A stretch of 35,652 bases of DNA from positions 33,638 to 69,289 of the forward strand of contig NW_025215188.1 in the NCBI RefSeq assembly GCF_004010195.1, given 5' to 3'. The notes beneath the pieces were generated by a model. The model was not told the origin of the DNA. It worked only from the letters and a program-made list of their open reading frames with translations, and ran no database searches. Positions 24,551 through 35,652 of the stretch are shown one piece after another. Each line of letters opens with the position of its first letter. Within the stretch, counting starts at the first letter, position 1. Position numbers and translations under genes: made by a program. This DNA is from Chiloscyllium plagiosum (lineage: Eukaryota).

Positions 24551-25412
24551 TTACGTGAACAACTGTTGCACCACGTTTCCGAACTTTGTTCTGAAATTGG
24601 ACAGAATCACTGCATAAATTAATGTGTCACTGTAGATGAAATCTTTCAGCATTTCTCCGATGTACATAAAAATGACGAGAGAGCCATACTTTCTGCGAAT
24701 TGTTCCTTTAATGCGGAAGTGTAAGTTGTTTGCACCGTACACTGTCCAGAAAAGGATGAAGCTAATGGATATGTTGAAGAGGGAAATCACCGACTTCTCT
24801 GGTCTGTATCTCTGCGTCTTTGTGACACTCTGCCGTACTCGGGCCCCTCAGTGTCTTGCGGAATCGACTGGCCACCAAAATGTATCTGACAGCCATCCTG
24901 CTCATCAACAAAATTAACACGATTTGGATGAAAAGAGTTAAAATGTTATCAAATCGTTAAACCCCAGTCACCTGGGATCAGTAAAATAACTTAAGCTGAT
25001 ACGGCAGTACCATGGAACGTTGTAGCTACCCTCCTAGATTTAAAGTGAAAATAGAAGTGATTTCTATTTTTGGGACAGAGCAGAATGCCAGTTGCAGCGA
25101 GAACCACAGCCAAGTCTTTGTCTGTCCAAAATTTTCTCTTTGCTTTCGGCAGCAAATGGTTACAAAACGATCAAAGGAGAAAAGACAGTGAGCCAGACCG
25201 AACACTCTGTGGCTGCACTGACAAGGGCAAAGCTGTACACAAGAGTGATGTTCAGAAAATATATTGGAAAGTAAAATTGTTTCAGTCGATTGAATATGAT
25301 CTTAGTGAGAATGCACACTAGACCCGACACTGCCATAGCCAACAGGCAGCGTGTTGTGCAGTTGCAGAGGCCACATATTTCCGGGCGAGAACCAAAATCA
25401 CCAGGAAATTAA
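24551..25412 (-). pseudogene. GPR139-like class A (rhodopsin-type) GPCR pseudogene, copy B exon 2 (TM1 end to TM7/helix 8)
   Basis: Frameshift-corrected reading: NFLVILVLARK/CGLCNCTTRCLLAMAVSGL..FLNITLVYS..AATECSVWLTV/FDRFVTICCRK/FWTDKDLAVVLAATGILLCPKN../NVPWYC..YFTDPR*LGF/FDNILTL..LILLMSRMAVRYILVASRFRKTLRG..DAEIQT/KSVISLFNISISFILFWTVY..IGEML..TLIYAVILSNFRTKF. DRF is at 25164-25172 and an in-frame TGA at 24968-24970. There are several frameshifts, and the acceptor reads CA|TT, so the AG is lost. Confidence 0.88.
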
Positions 25413-25589
25413 TGACAGAGGCAGCAAGTGAATTGGAAATCAGAAATTACTAATCAAATGTTATCCATGTCTGCTCAGAGAGCAATGGAAGATCTTAGCT
25501 CCTAAATGGGTCAATTGAAGGATTCAGATATCAGGTGTCAACAGGACAGCTCCAAGCCAGACTCATTTTAAAGCAGCTCACTCCAGGAT

Positions 25590-26300
25590 TGGGGACAGGA
25601 ATTTGGCAGACGAGAAGTGGTCGTCAATTTTACGATGAGAGGTAAGAGGTTTAGAGGAGATTGGAAGAAAAAGCTTTCAAACAGAGAATGAGGGGATCGT
25701 GCAATTCCGTGCTTCGGACTATAACAGCACAAACACTTGATGTATTGCAACATTCATGACGAGGAGTACCGTGTTGAAACCTGGGACAAGTCTTGATTTA
25801 GTGCAGCTTTGAAAACACAAACTCGATGGACCGAAGGACATTTCTGTCCAGTTGGGTTCTACGATTCGAAGATTTGTTTCTGGGAGACAGGTTGGGAAGA
25901 GAATCAAATTAAGCAAAGATTGTAGATGCTGTAAACATGGAACAGAAACAAAAGTGAATGGCGAAACTCAGCAGGCATGCCAGAATCTGTGAGAAGACAA
26001 ACAAAATTACCAGAATCACTAAATCAGATCATCTTAATCGAAACATTGGTCACTGGACACAATACATCAACACAGTTGAATCCTCGCGCAAGATCCTGTC
26101 ATTGCAAACAAGAGATTGGGTTCATATCTAAAAGGGAATTGAGAATCAAAGTGTTGACATTCATCCACTATGGAACATTTATTAGACTGGTCTTTGCATA
26201 CCAAAGTTTGTCCTGGCGTTGTCTTATAAAAGAAGTCATTTGTTGCACTTGAGAAGATGGAATTATTCAATGGAAAATGCTAACAGAGCTGACAAAGTTT
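25590..26300 (+). mobile_element. Mosaic of old remnants: CR1 3' end (~25590-25875), Penelope-like repeat (~25910-26015), CR1 RT fragment (~26060-26300)
   Basis: Motifs gaggtaagaggtttagaggagatt, gatgctg..aaactcagcaggc and IGFISKREL. All are highly degenerate. Confidence 0.5.
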
Positions 26301-28896
26301 TGGTTCATTATTCAAAGTATCAAACACTATATGAGCCCTCTCTGTGATGGTAAACTGGGGAGCTGCTAACTTACTATGTCCCTCATGATTTGTTTTGGAA
26401 AGTCAGGAATTCCTTAGAATGTTTCGCAAGTATTCCAAATTTGAAGGTCCATTTAATCAGCAAAGATGTACATTTCATATTGGGAAATATGAGCTTTTGA
26501 ATGCATTCTCTGCATTGTCGAAGTCAATTTTAGAATGTGCGTGTTGACGTTTGATGAATAAAGTATATAATGTAGAACAAAAGAGACACATTTCTCTGTT
26601 GCAATTAGTGGATGTGGCTGCTTTAATCTGAGTACGATAAACATAATATAATAAACATCCGACCGGTCTGACTCCCTGATGTGTTCTGATCATATCAGTG
26701 GAAACTACAATATTTCTTTAAAATCACTTTATAATGTGAATATCTAAACAAGGCAAGCAATATTAACCTAATGATCAAATTGATAACGCCCCTCAGTCTT
26801 CCTGAATTCCCAAAGAACCTCAGATCAGTTCCAGCATTGAAAAAGGTCATCATATCTGGGTCGACTGAATAATCCAATCCCACTTTCCAGCATATTGTCC
26901 CTTGAAGATCACTTCAGGTGCAGATCCAGGTTTCCTTTAAATGAGTTGAACGTTGCAGTTAAAGCAGTCCCCCAACCACAGCACCCCACTCCTCCAAAAC
27001 TGGGAAGTAAATTCCAGGCACACTAACACCCTGTGGATAAAAGGGTGAGTCCTCATGTCCCCTATAACCCTTCAATCAATTAGTATCCCTCTTGAACACT
27101 GCTCAATGATCATTCGTTCAGGGTGACACGTCTCCATTCAAGACGTTAGTTATTTGGACACATGAATCACATTTTGTCTCTTTCTCCTCTGGGGAAAATG
27201 AATCTAACCGATCCATCTTTCCTCAACGCTGCAGTAATTTCCATATTCTTAGCAACATTCTTGTATATCTCTTATACATTCTCCTCATTGCAAGACTGTG
27301 TTGACGGTTAGGTGGTGATCAGAACTGTGCACAAACTGCAGCTGTGAGCTATCCAATGTCTAATTTATTTTCAGTGTTTCAGGTCGAGCATGGGTGAGGG
27401 GATGTGTTTTGGGTTGCCGCTGGTGCAGGGTGACGGGGTAGTAATTTGGAGATGGGGGTCATATGACACTATATCTCAGTTCAGCTGTCTGGTCAGGATT
27501 GAGCATATAAATGGAACTGGAGGGGTACAGTTGGAGCATAGTGTGATCAAAGTATGGGATTAGTTAATGAGTTCCTCACGAGTTAGACGATGTGTTTAAT
27601 AGCATGAACTCTGTTCTGATACCAGCTGATGAAATCACAGAACAAGCCAGAAGCCAGACGAAACTCCAGCTTGATGTATCACGACGTTATTTGTTTTCAT
27701 TTATCAAAGTAATCTCTTCCTGAATTGAACGTAACCAATGCTGCAAAATATTGCTTCAGCAAAAAGACAGGAGTTTACTATAAACGAAATGGTGATACAA
27801 TAGAATAAACGAAGCTACGTTCTTACAACACAGATGCAAAGGCAATTAACATGCAGGAAATAGATAAACATTAATCTAAAAGAAATGCATAAATGAAAAG
27901 AAAAGAAAACGTGTTTTATAGATTGGGCAAAACAATAGCCAGGGTGTGATTACAAACAGAATACCCCTCGTGAAATGGTCAGACCAGAATCCGTGTATGT
28001 AACACTTGGTTAAGTGACTTGTGACATCAAATATCAAACTGGAACTGCAGTAAACCTCTTCCTGAAACTACCACACAGCGGATTGTCAGTTTACTTAGCT
28101 TTAAGTAATCTATGCAGAGCTTTCTTTTAAACCAACATTTCTGGTCTGCAGTGAATACGAACTGTTGGCACCACAGTAAAGTGATTGACTAAATCTATCA
28201 TTCATTTGAATGAGCACACATCTACATGTCCACTCACTTCCAGGAAATTAGAAGGACTTAAAGAAATGACAAAATTGCTAAAAGTTAAACGAAAGGTTTC
28301 AAAGGGAAAGGTACTATTCCTAATCTCAGATTCCAGAAGTCATAAATAAATCTTTGGGTCCATTTTACTGCCATGTTAGGTTCCAACCAAAAATAAACTA
28401 AGTTCTTTCATTCAGCCTACAGCCAAACTTCAAAAGCAGTTTTAAAAACAAATTGTTGTGATTACATAAATACCTACAAGTTAACAATTAACTTCAGAAG
28501 CACAGAGAAACCCCCTGCTTATTTACTCAATAGCCAGAACCAAACTCACTCGAAATATTACTGAAATCTATACATAAAAATACCGTCCTTTTTAATTTTC
28601 CTAAGTGACAGATTTGCTTACTTCCAATGTCGTCTTCAAGTGAAATGGAGATTCCCAGAAGAGATGAATAGTTTGGCAGACGAAAGTTCAATATCCCAGG
28701 CAATTCCTTCCGTATCTGTGATAGTGGGGAATCTGCAGCATCCTTGCAATTTGAAACTAAATCAGTCATCCGCACCTGTGTGAGGGTGATCACAATATGC
28801 CCATTGTCACTGTCAGTGGCAGTGTGAAACTGGAGCGAATCTTCAGGCAGATTCATATAAATTCAATTATGCAAATCAATTATGCAAGTCACTTAC

Positions 28897-28938
28897 CCAG
28901 AATTGCTACAACCGCACATGCTGCCTGTAAAACATCAT
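28897..28938 (-). pseudogene. GPR139-like copy B exon 1, internally deleted and out of frame
   Basis: Minus strand reads ATGATGTTTTACAGGCAGCATGTGCGGTTGTAGCAATTCTGG|GTAAGT (donor 28891-28896). The 3' frame (AACAVVAIL+G) matches the phase-1 exon end, but the 42-nt length from the ATG is out of phase and hits a TAG. Confidence 0.7.
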
Positions 28939-29013
28939 TTTCTCCATGAATCTCTTTGTACAGGCAATCTCTCTGAACTCAATGCCGATGTGATTCAATC
29001 TCAAAGCCTTTCC

Positions 29014-29019
29014 TTTATA
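29014..29019 (-). promoter_or_regulatory. Putative TATA box of copy B
   Basis: CAGCAGGTATAAA, conserved with copies A1 and A2. Confidence 0.55.
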
Positions 29020-29217
29020 CCTGCTGACATTGCTTGGAGGACTGTAACATTACAACGTGGTTCAATTTATTTCTTAAAGAACTTGAATGAATAGGTGACG
29101 ACAGTGCGTGAACTCCCAATTGTGACAGAACATTTTTCAAGCTGAGATTTATTGGATGGGTCCAACTCAATCGATCAATAGCAAACATTGGAAAATACAT
29201 ATTGAGTTATTTGATGA

Positions 29218-29348
29218 CATCCTTACAGCGTACATGGAGGCCAATCGGCCCATTGAATCCATTCAGACCCTGCAAAGGGCATCCTACTCAGACCCAATCC
29301 CTGGCACTGACAGGCAGCAGAGCTAACCATTGTGCCGCCCTACATGCC
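29218..29348 (-). mobile_element. Internally deleted HE1-like SINE, paralogous to 9038-9169
   Basis: Same head-tail fusion at the same position, ~200 bp upstream of the TATA. Confidence 0.65.
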
Positions 29349-30609
29349 AGCATTGGCAAAGTAACACAATACAGCCGACTTTGAAATGTCCTTTTAATTC
29401 AGTTCATCTGGCCCTTGACTTTGACCATTTGTAAATTAAATTCTAGTCGCTGAGTAGCTCTCTGAGAACTTTCTCCTCAACACGGGGGCGTCGCTTCCCT
29501 GTTTAAAAGCAGCTGGTACCGTGAAGAAATATTGGTTGGTTAATTGAGACCACACATTATAGGTTTTAACAAATGCAACATCAAAATAGAATTGCTCACC
29601 TTGCATGGACACAGTGTCTCAATCAAATATAACCTCTTCAATGCAGGCAATACTTGACACAAGTAAAATATTCACTGAAAACTACCCTCAATCGTTACGT
29701 AAGCTCAAATCAATACAGATCCACATACCATGATGAGACTATCCTGGAGATAGCTGAGATCTGACTCTGATACACACATGATCTGTACAACAGCAGATGG
29801 GCACGAATGGTACCCACATGTATGGTGAAGAAACCTAAAACATTTGACTGATGATGCGATGACACAGTTTGAAGGAAGATAGACAGATAAGGCTAGTTGG
29901 GAATTTGCACACACAAGGGTGCAAAAATATCAAATTCCAGAAATGTGTGTTCGGTAGTTAATATTGTCTACGTGTCCTGTAGTGATGGGGAGATGGGACT
30001 TGGTGTGAAGACTGATAAGGGACAGAAAACCGAGATGAGGGAAAGAATGTCAAATCAGGTTGTCAGGTTGGTATTAGCGAGTCCTCAAGGAATATTACTT
30101 GAGACACAGCCATTGAAAATTTCTATCAATGACTGAAATCATAGGATCATGCGTGACATTGGCGAGCATAATGTTATGTTGGACAATAAAATGCACGAAT
30201 GACATAGGAACGCTGAATGAGGACAACACAGATTGTGTAATGTGAGACATTGTTCCTTCATTTCCATCTTTGAAATATTTCAGGCCATCAATATATTTAT
30301 AGATGCTTAACCTAGTCATAAATCTAAAGCCAGAAAGTAGCATTTCTGTCCATTCAATGATTGCCGTTACCATTATTCTCTTGAACATTTTACTTCTCTC
30401 AGATCTCTCTAAATTTGAGGAACACAGCATGGGTTTGTGTTATTTCACTCCTGCATCATGGAACACTTGCCCTCTTGCTATCATTCTGGTCATTCGATGC
30501 TGCACTCAAAAGGACATCGACCCTCAACTCCCCACTATATATTTCTGATTTTCCATTTTTGTAAAGTGATCAAACCTAAAATGGCTGACTGACTCAGAAT
30601 CATCAGTCC

Positions 30610-30815
30610 TGTCTTGATAGAGTCCGGGATGGTATATTGCCTCGACAGTACCCAGTATCAAGCACATCCCAGAACAACTTCAGCACTTCTTCGATGGGGG
30701 ATGGGGTTGAGGTGGGACAGGGACAGGCGTTGGATAGTGTGGCAAGTGAAGACACAGAGGTCCTTGTCCACATTGGCATCAACAATATTGGACAGCGAAA
30801 TAGCAACTCAAAGGC
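30610..30815 (+). mobile_element. CR1 ORF1 SGNH-esterase remnant
   Basis: SGMVYCL.. and EVLVHIGINNIG (GxND-like block) in ORFs 30614 and 30637. Confidence 0.65.
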
Positions 30816-30975
30816 AGGCATTGTATCATTCAGCACGCTTTTGATATAAATGCATAAACCTTGGCAAAAGCCTATCACTGAGCCAGGCCGTCAGCATCTC
30901 AATATCCCTGATATTCACTCGTTGACATCAGCGATGCTTGGCTGAACGGTCCCAATTAACAGCCCCAGTCAGGGT

Positions 30976-31129
30976 ACAAAGTGGACTGATAATGGCAGAG
31001 CAATGGGCTTTATCAATATGGATTTCAGGAAGGTAATGAGGTCAATGTTGTGCAGCTGGCTGACCTCATTACCTTCCTGAAATCCATATTGATAAAGCTC
31101 ATCGCTCTGCCATGATCAGTCCACTTTGT
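30976..31129. repeat. Inverted repeat: 69-bp arms (30976-31044 / 31061-31129), 16-nt spacer, 3 mismatches
   Basis: Direct reverse-complement comparison gives 66/69 identity. Confidence 0.97.
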
Positions 31130-32565
31130 TATTTCTTTAAAACACTCAATCAATTTGTGAAGCATTATTTCCCTCACACAAAGCCATGTTGACTATCCCT
31201 CATCAGTCCTCGCCTTTCCAAATTCATGTATGTCCTGTCCCTCAGGATATCTAACAACAACTTGCCCACCACTGATGTCAGGCTCACTGATCTATAGTTC
31301 CCTGGATTGTCTTTACCGCCCTTCTTAAACAGTGGCACCACGTTTGCCAAACTCCAGTCTTCCGCCACCTCACCTGTGACTATCGATGATACAATTATCT
31401 CAGCAAAAAGGCCCAGCAATCAATTCCCACAAAGTTTCCGTGTACACCTGATCAGGTCTTGAGGACTGATCTTTTATGCATTTTGTGGCATCCAGCACTT
31501 CCTCCTCTGTATTTATGGATTTTTTTCAAGATGTCACTATCTATTTCCCACATTGTATATCTTTCAAGTCATTTTCCAGAGTAAACGTTGATGCAAAATT
31601 CTCGTTTCGTACCTCCACAATCACCTGCAGCTCCAAAGGCCACCTAGCTAATGTTTTAGGGGTTATTTTCTTTCCCGAGTTTCCTTTTGTCCTTACTGTA
31701 TTTGAAAAATCGTTTTGGATTCTCCCAAACTCTGGTTGCCAAAGTGTTCTCATGTCCCCTTTATGCAGTCCTGATTTCTCTTTTAAGTATACTCCTACTG
31801 CTTTTCTCCTCTTCTCAGAATTCACTCGATCTATCCTGTCTATACCTGATACAAGGGGGCATAGCTTTAAATTAACGGAGGGTAGCTATAGGACAGATGT
31901 TCGGGGTAGGTTCTTTATTCAGCGAGCCGTGAGTTCATGGAATGCCCTGCCAGTAGCAGTGGTGGACTCTCCCTCATTATGGGCATTTAAGCGGGCATTG
32001 GATAGGCATATGGAGGATAGTGGGCTAATGTAGGTTCGGTAGGCTTGGATCGGCGCAACATCGAGGGCCGAAGGGCCTGTACTGCGCTGTATTCTTCTAT
32101 GTTCTATGTTCTATATATGTTTCATTCTGTTTCTGAACCAAACCGTCAATTTCTTTCGTCATCCTACATTTCCTATACCCACAAACCGTTTCTTTCACCC
32201 TGACAGGAATATACTGTCTCTGGACTCTCATTGCCCTGTTTCTGAAGGCTTCCCATTTTCCAGCCGACCCTACCCTGTGAACGTCTGCCTCCAAACAGCT
32301 TTTGAAAGTTCTTGCCTAATACCATCAGTATTAGCCTTCCTCCAATTTAGAACTTCAACTTTTAGACTTTTCCATCACTATTTGCAAACTATTAGAATTA
32401 TAGTCACTGGCCCCAAAGTGCTCCCCCGCTGACACCTCAGTCACCTGTCCTGCCTTATTTCCCAAGAGTAGGTCACGTTTCGCACCTTCTCTCGTAGGTC
32501 TTTCAGCATACTGAATCAGAAAATGTTCTTGTACACACTGAAAAAATTCTTCTCCATCTAAACAC
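31072..32565 (-). mobile_element. CR1 ORF2 internal fragment, 3'-truncated at the MDF motif and interrupted by a younger CR1
   Basis: ORF 31174-31419 (EDWSLANVVPLFKKGGKDNPGNYRSVSLTSVVGK..DSQHGFV); ORFs 31541-31825 and 32097-32294 are the linker region. Confidence 0.9.
31849..32113 (+). mobile_element. Young, short 5'-truncated CR1 3' end inserted antisense into the older CR1
   Basis: Uninterrupted C-terminus TRGHSFKL..RFFIQRAVSSWNALP..FKRALDRHM, CpGs retained, tail ttctatgttctatgttcta. It has the same 3' UTR as 10309-11982. Confidence 0.92.
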
Positions 32566-32569
32566 TATT

Positions 32570-33480
32570 ACTCTCTATTCTCCTGCATTTCATCATTTCT
32601 CTATTGTCCGTTATTTTCCAAATACTTTCCATTTATTCTTCTCACAATTACTCTCCGTTGCACCCACTCTACTTAATCCTTCACCCTCTATTCAACATTC
32701 TCCCTAATACTCTCTAATTAATGCTCTCAGAATTGTTCTTCGTTCAATCCTCCGCACTCTGGACTTAACCTTATCCATTCCCGTGCATTTAACCCTGTCC
32801 CTGGTATGGTGTATACAAGTTTTTGTTCATTACTCTCTATTTCGTTCTTTTTCTATCACTCTGTCTTAACTCTCCTCCCTTTTCCCCTTAACTGAACACG
32901 CACGTTCCTCCCCTATATTCAACAATCTCCTTAGTAATCTGTATTATTTCCTCTCAACTTCCACAAATGTGTTAACCCCTCATCAAGTCACTCTGCATTT
33001 ATACTTGCATCGTACATGACGCTCATCCAGATAGCACAAAACTGTTTTCTAAAGTGAGCAGAACCCTTGACACTCCCATTTATATCCTCAGCCAGGGCAC
33101 CCTGATTGTACCAGACTAACAGACCCACTCAGGAAACTCATATTTAATGAGATCCATTTGGTTGACCAAATTACAATCCCTCCAGCTTCCCGTATTAACC
33201 CTCTCCCTGTGCCCCTGTAATCAGGACTGTCCCTCTCATTCCTTATGTACTTCTTCCCCTGTTATTTTCTATTAAGTCTTCACCCTTTCAGTCTTTAAAC
33301 CCCAACTCCTGTCCTGTATCCAGCTTTCTCGCTAATACTCTCCACTTAACCCTCCCCTATTGTCTGTCTCGACCTCTCCCCATTATTCTCTACTGAATTC
33401 TCTCCATATTATAATCTTTAGCCCTTTCTCTTTCTGTATTTAACACTGTCTCTTTCTCCAGGGCTCTTTAATTAATGTGT
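32570..33480. repeat. Pyrimidine-rich low-complexity tract with an LTR-like remnant at ~33040-33185
   Basis: T/C-rich, G-poor + strand. taacagacccactcagg at ~33118 resembles taacagccccagtcagg at ~30957. Confidence 0.6.
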
Positions 33481-34049
33481 CCACCCACTCACACCCCTCC
33501 CCCCACACCATTCCAGATTATGTGTTTATTCTCTACAATAACCAGAGACTGGGTATCCCTGCGGCTCTGCGCTGCCGCCAGTCTGGCCAACGCTGGGACT
33601 GCAGATTAATCCCAAAGTGCTGGAGGAGAGCAGCAGCAGCCCCACGTGGTCAGAGACAGTATCGGTGGTTGGAAGAAGAAAGGCACAACTTTAACAAGAA
33701 CTGGTACAGTATTGATGTAAAAATAGGAACAGCTATAATACTCAACAACATTTACATATAAGTTTGAATACTTCTAATATACAACAATATATAGCTATAA
33801 ACTCGAACATCTCCAACACAACCAATATTAAAGTTTCAATGCACAATAATAATACAGGTAAACACAATCAGCTCTAATGCACAAAAATATTTGTACAGAC
33901 GGAAAGAGCTCCAACATATAACAATTCATAATGTATATTAGATGCGTAAGCATGTAATAATGTGTATATGAATGACTTGCAAGAAGAAAGCGAATGTACT
34001 GCTGCAAAAATTGCAGATGACACAAAAATAGGAGGGAAGGCAAGTTGGG

Positions 34050-34831
34050 ACATTTCATGTGATTTCTTAGATACGGGGATGCTGATGGTCTTCTTGAAGA
34101 AGATAGGGTCTTCAGCTTGTTGGAGGGACAGGTTAAAGATGTCGGTGAGTCCCTCCGCTAGTTGATCCATACAGGGTCTAAGTGCACGGCCAGGGACTCC
34201 ATTCAGGCCCGTCGTTTTCCTTGGGGTGACTCTCAGGAAAACTGACCTGACGTGTGCAGCGGTGAACGAGGGAACAGGTGTGTCTGGGGCTGTTGGGGCA
34301 GGAGTGACTGCGCCATTGGCATTCTGCTCAAACCGAGCAGATGAAGCTTTGAGCGTTTCAAGGAGGGGATTGTTTTTTACGCTATCTCTCTCTGCTTCAG
34401 TTTTCATCTGTAATGTTCTTTAGGCCTTGCCATAGGCAGCAGGAGTCTGTTTGTTTTTTATGGCCCTCTTATGTGGTCTGGTCCTCCATCTTAAAATCCC
34501 TGATGGCCCAACGGAAGTCAGATCTGGATTCCCTGTATAAGTCAGGCTCTTCCCACTTGAATGTTGCTCCTCTGGTCTTAAATCGGGAGTGAATGTCCTG
34601 ATTCCCTGAAGGTTTACGCTTGGGGAACACTCAGATTGAATTCTTCACTCCACAGTCCTCCATGCATTTGCCCACGATGTCTTTGATAGTGGTCTTGTCT
34701 TCATCCAGGATTTCGACTGAGTACTTGAACACGGTCCAGTTCACCAATTCCAAACAGTCATTCACAGCCTCAGACGAGCATTGTACTTCCTTTTGTAAAG
34801 GGTCCTCCCATTTCAGCTTCTGCTTGTAAGC
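34050..34831 (-). mobile_element. Rex1/Babar-clade LINE fragment, preceded by a small + strand CR1 RT piece (33960-34050)
   Basis: ORF 33874-34407 (RKTTGLNGVPGRALRPCMDQLAEGLTDIFNLSLQQAEDPIFFKKTISIPVSKK) and ORF 34631-34840 (YKQKLK..DCLELVNWTVFK). The CR1 piece reads YMNDL..KIADDTKIGG. Confidence 0.8.
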
Positions 34832-35652
34832 TGTTTCCACATGTCAAAGAGACTATTACCGGAGGACACAGCCTGAGTGAAGGGGCGACCTTTGAAACAG
34901 AGACTTGAAATAATTTCTTCAGATGATTCATCGATGGAAATCATTGCTTCGGAGTGTTGTGGAGGTCAAAAGATTGAGTGCGTGATGATGCTGCCCCTTT
35001 ACCAAGGTTGTGTGTCCTTGGTATTTTTCTTAGTGTGTTTGTAAATGCAACGGTTCCAGGATGTCGAGTTTGGATAGGTTGCAGAGATAATTTCGTGATA
35101 GCTAACAGAAATTGCCTCAGGCAAAAAGGCTTTCAAATGTAAAAACATCTGCAGTGAAAGGAGTGAGGCCAATCGTCCCACCTCTGATTATATCTGGTCT
35201 GGTTTAGTTTGGGTTGGTGTTTGCAAGTTGTCAGATTTATAAAATGCTGGTAAAAGGAACAGCGACAGGGAAGAAGTTGTTCCATGCTGAATCACTCTCT
35301 GATGTCTCTCCTGCAAGACGGATTTCATCTGTTTCGACATTGGGTGCTTGTGGGGGTTGTTGGAGGAATTTTGACCAATAATTAAGTTGGGACAGTCTGT
35401 TGGGTTTTTTGATGAGTTACGTTATTCAGTCTTTTGTTCTCTTTTATTTGTGTTTGATTCGATAATCTGGATATAAACTCTGTTTTATTTAAACCGATGA
35501 ATGTTTATCTGCTCCATCAACCCTGGAATATCCACTTTACACATGCATAAAATCAGCAGAAACGTTAGGGTCTGGGCTACCATCTTAAAATACTTTTAGT
35601 GGGTCTGGTCCATAACAGGTGTATTAAAAATAGTGAAATACGGGTTCCTGGT
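34832..35652 (+). mobile_element. CR1 3' remnant (34832-34980 and 35618-35652) split by a solo LTR
   Basis: Homologous to 22033-22215 on both sides of the LTR. Confidence 0.65.
34981..35617 (+). mobile_element. Solo LTR (637 bp), probably Gypsy-type
   Basis: Termini cgtgatg...cataaca (degenerate TGTTATG/CATAACA inverted termini), a 4-bp TSD-like AGTG/GGTG, and an empty site in the paralogue at ~22175. Confidence 0.7.

Larger units (their letters stand above)
26230..30425. repeat. Gene-unit B: paralogue of 5900-12880
   Basis: Same anchors as unit A. It lacks the CR1 at 10309-11982 and the 0.9-kb duplication. Confidence 0.9.

Noticed and set aside
29610..29637. CACAGTG heptamer suggesting a V(D)J recombination signal (shark Ig cluster)
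   Set aside because: There is no good nonamer at 12 or 23 spacing, it is not conserved in the paralogue (~12010), and no Ig V/J/C coding sequence was seen.
33540..33660. Short GC-richer patch with a CACGTG E-box and ORF 33477-33761
   Set aside because: Too short for a CpG island, no recognisable protein, and no supporting splice structure.

Overview
Repeat-dense vertebrate genomic DNA, most likely from a cartilaginous fish, judged from CR1/HER1-type LINEs with (TGTTCTA)n tails and HE1-like SINEs. I found no intact protein-coding gene. The underlying structure is a tandem array of two paralogous minus-strand, two-exon class A GPCR genes. They resemble the 'GPR139-like' family as I recall it from shark annotations; no database search was run. 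Copy B is complete but pseudogenised: TATA 29014-29019, exon 1 28897-28938, a ~3.5 kb intron, and frameshifted exon 2 at ~24551-25412 with DRF, VPWYC and TM6/TM7. Copy A has a tandemly duplicated promoter and exon 1 (8742-8793 and 9630-9693) with complementary lesions. Its intron is filled by nested CR1s, so exon 2 would lie left of the window. The two gene units share intron, promoter, SINE and Rex1/CR1 junction sequence. The window also holds three local tandem duplications (0.9, 3.4 and 0.6 kb), a near-perfect inverted repeat with 69-bp arms, Tx1 and Rex1/Babar LINE fragments, a solo LTR, Penelope-like remnants, low-complexity tracts and a 237-N gap. Most ORFs in the supplied track are TE fragments or noise. 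Repeat family names come from motif recognition, and many boundaries are approximate.
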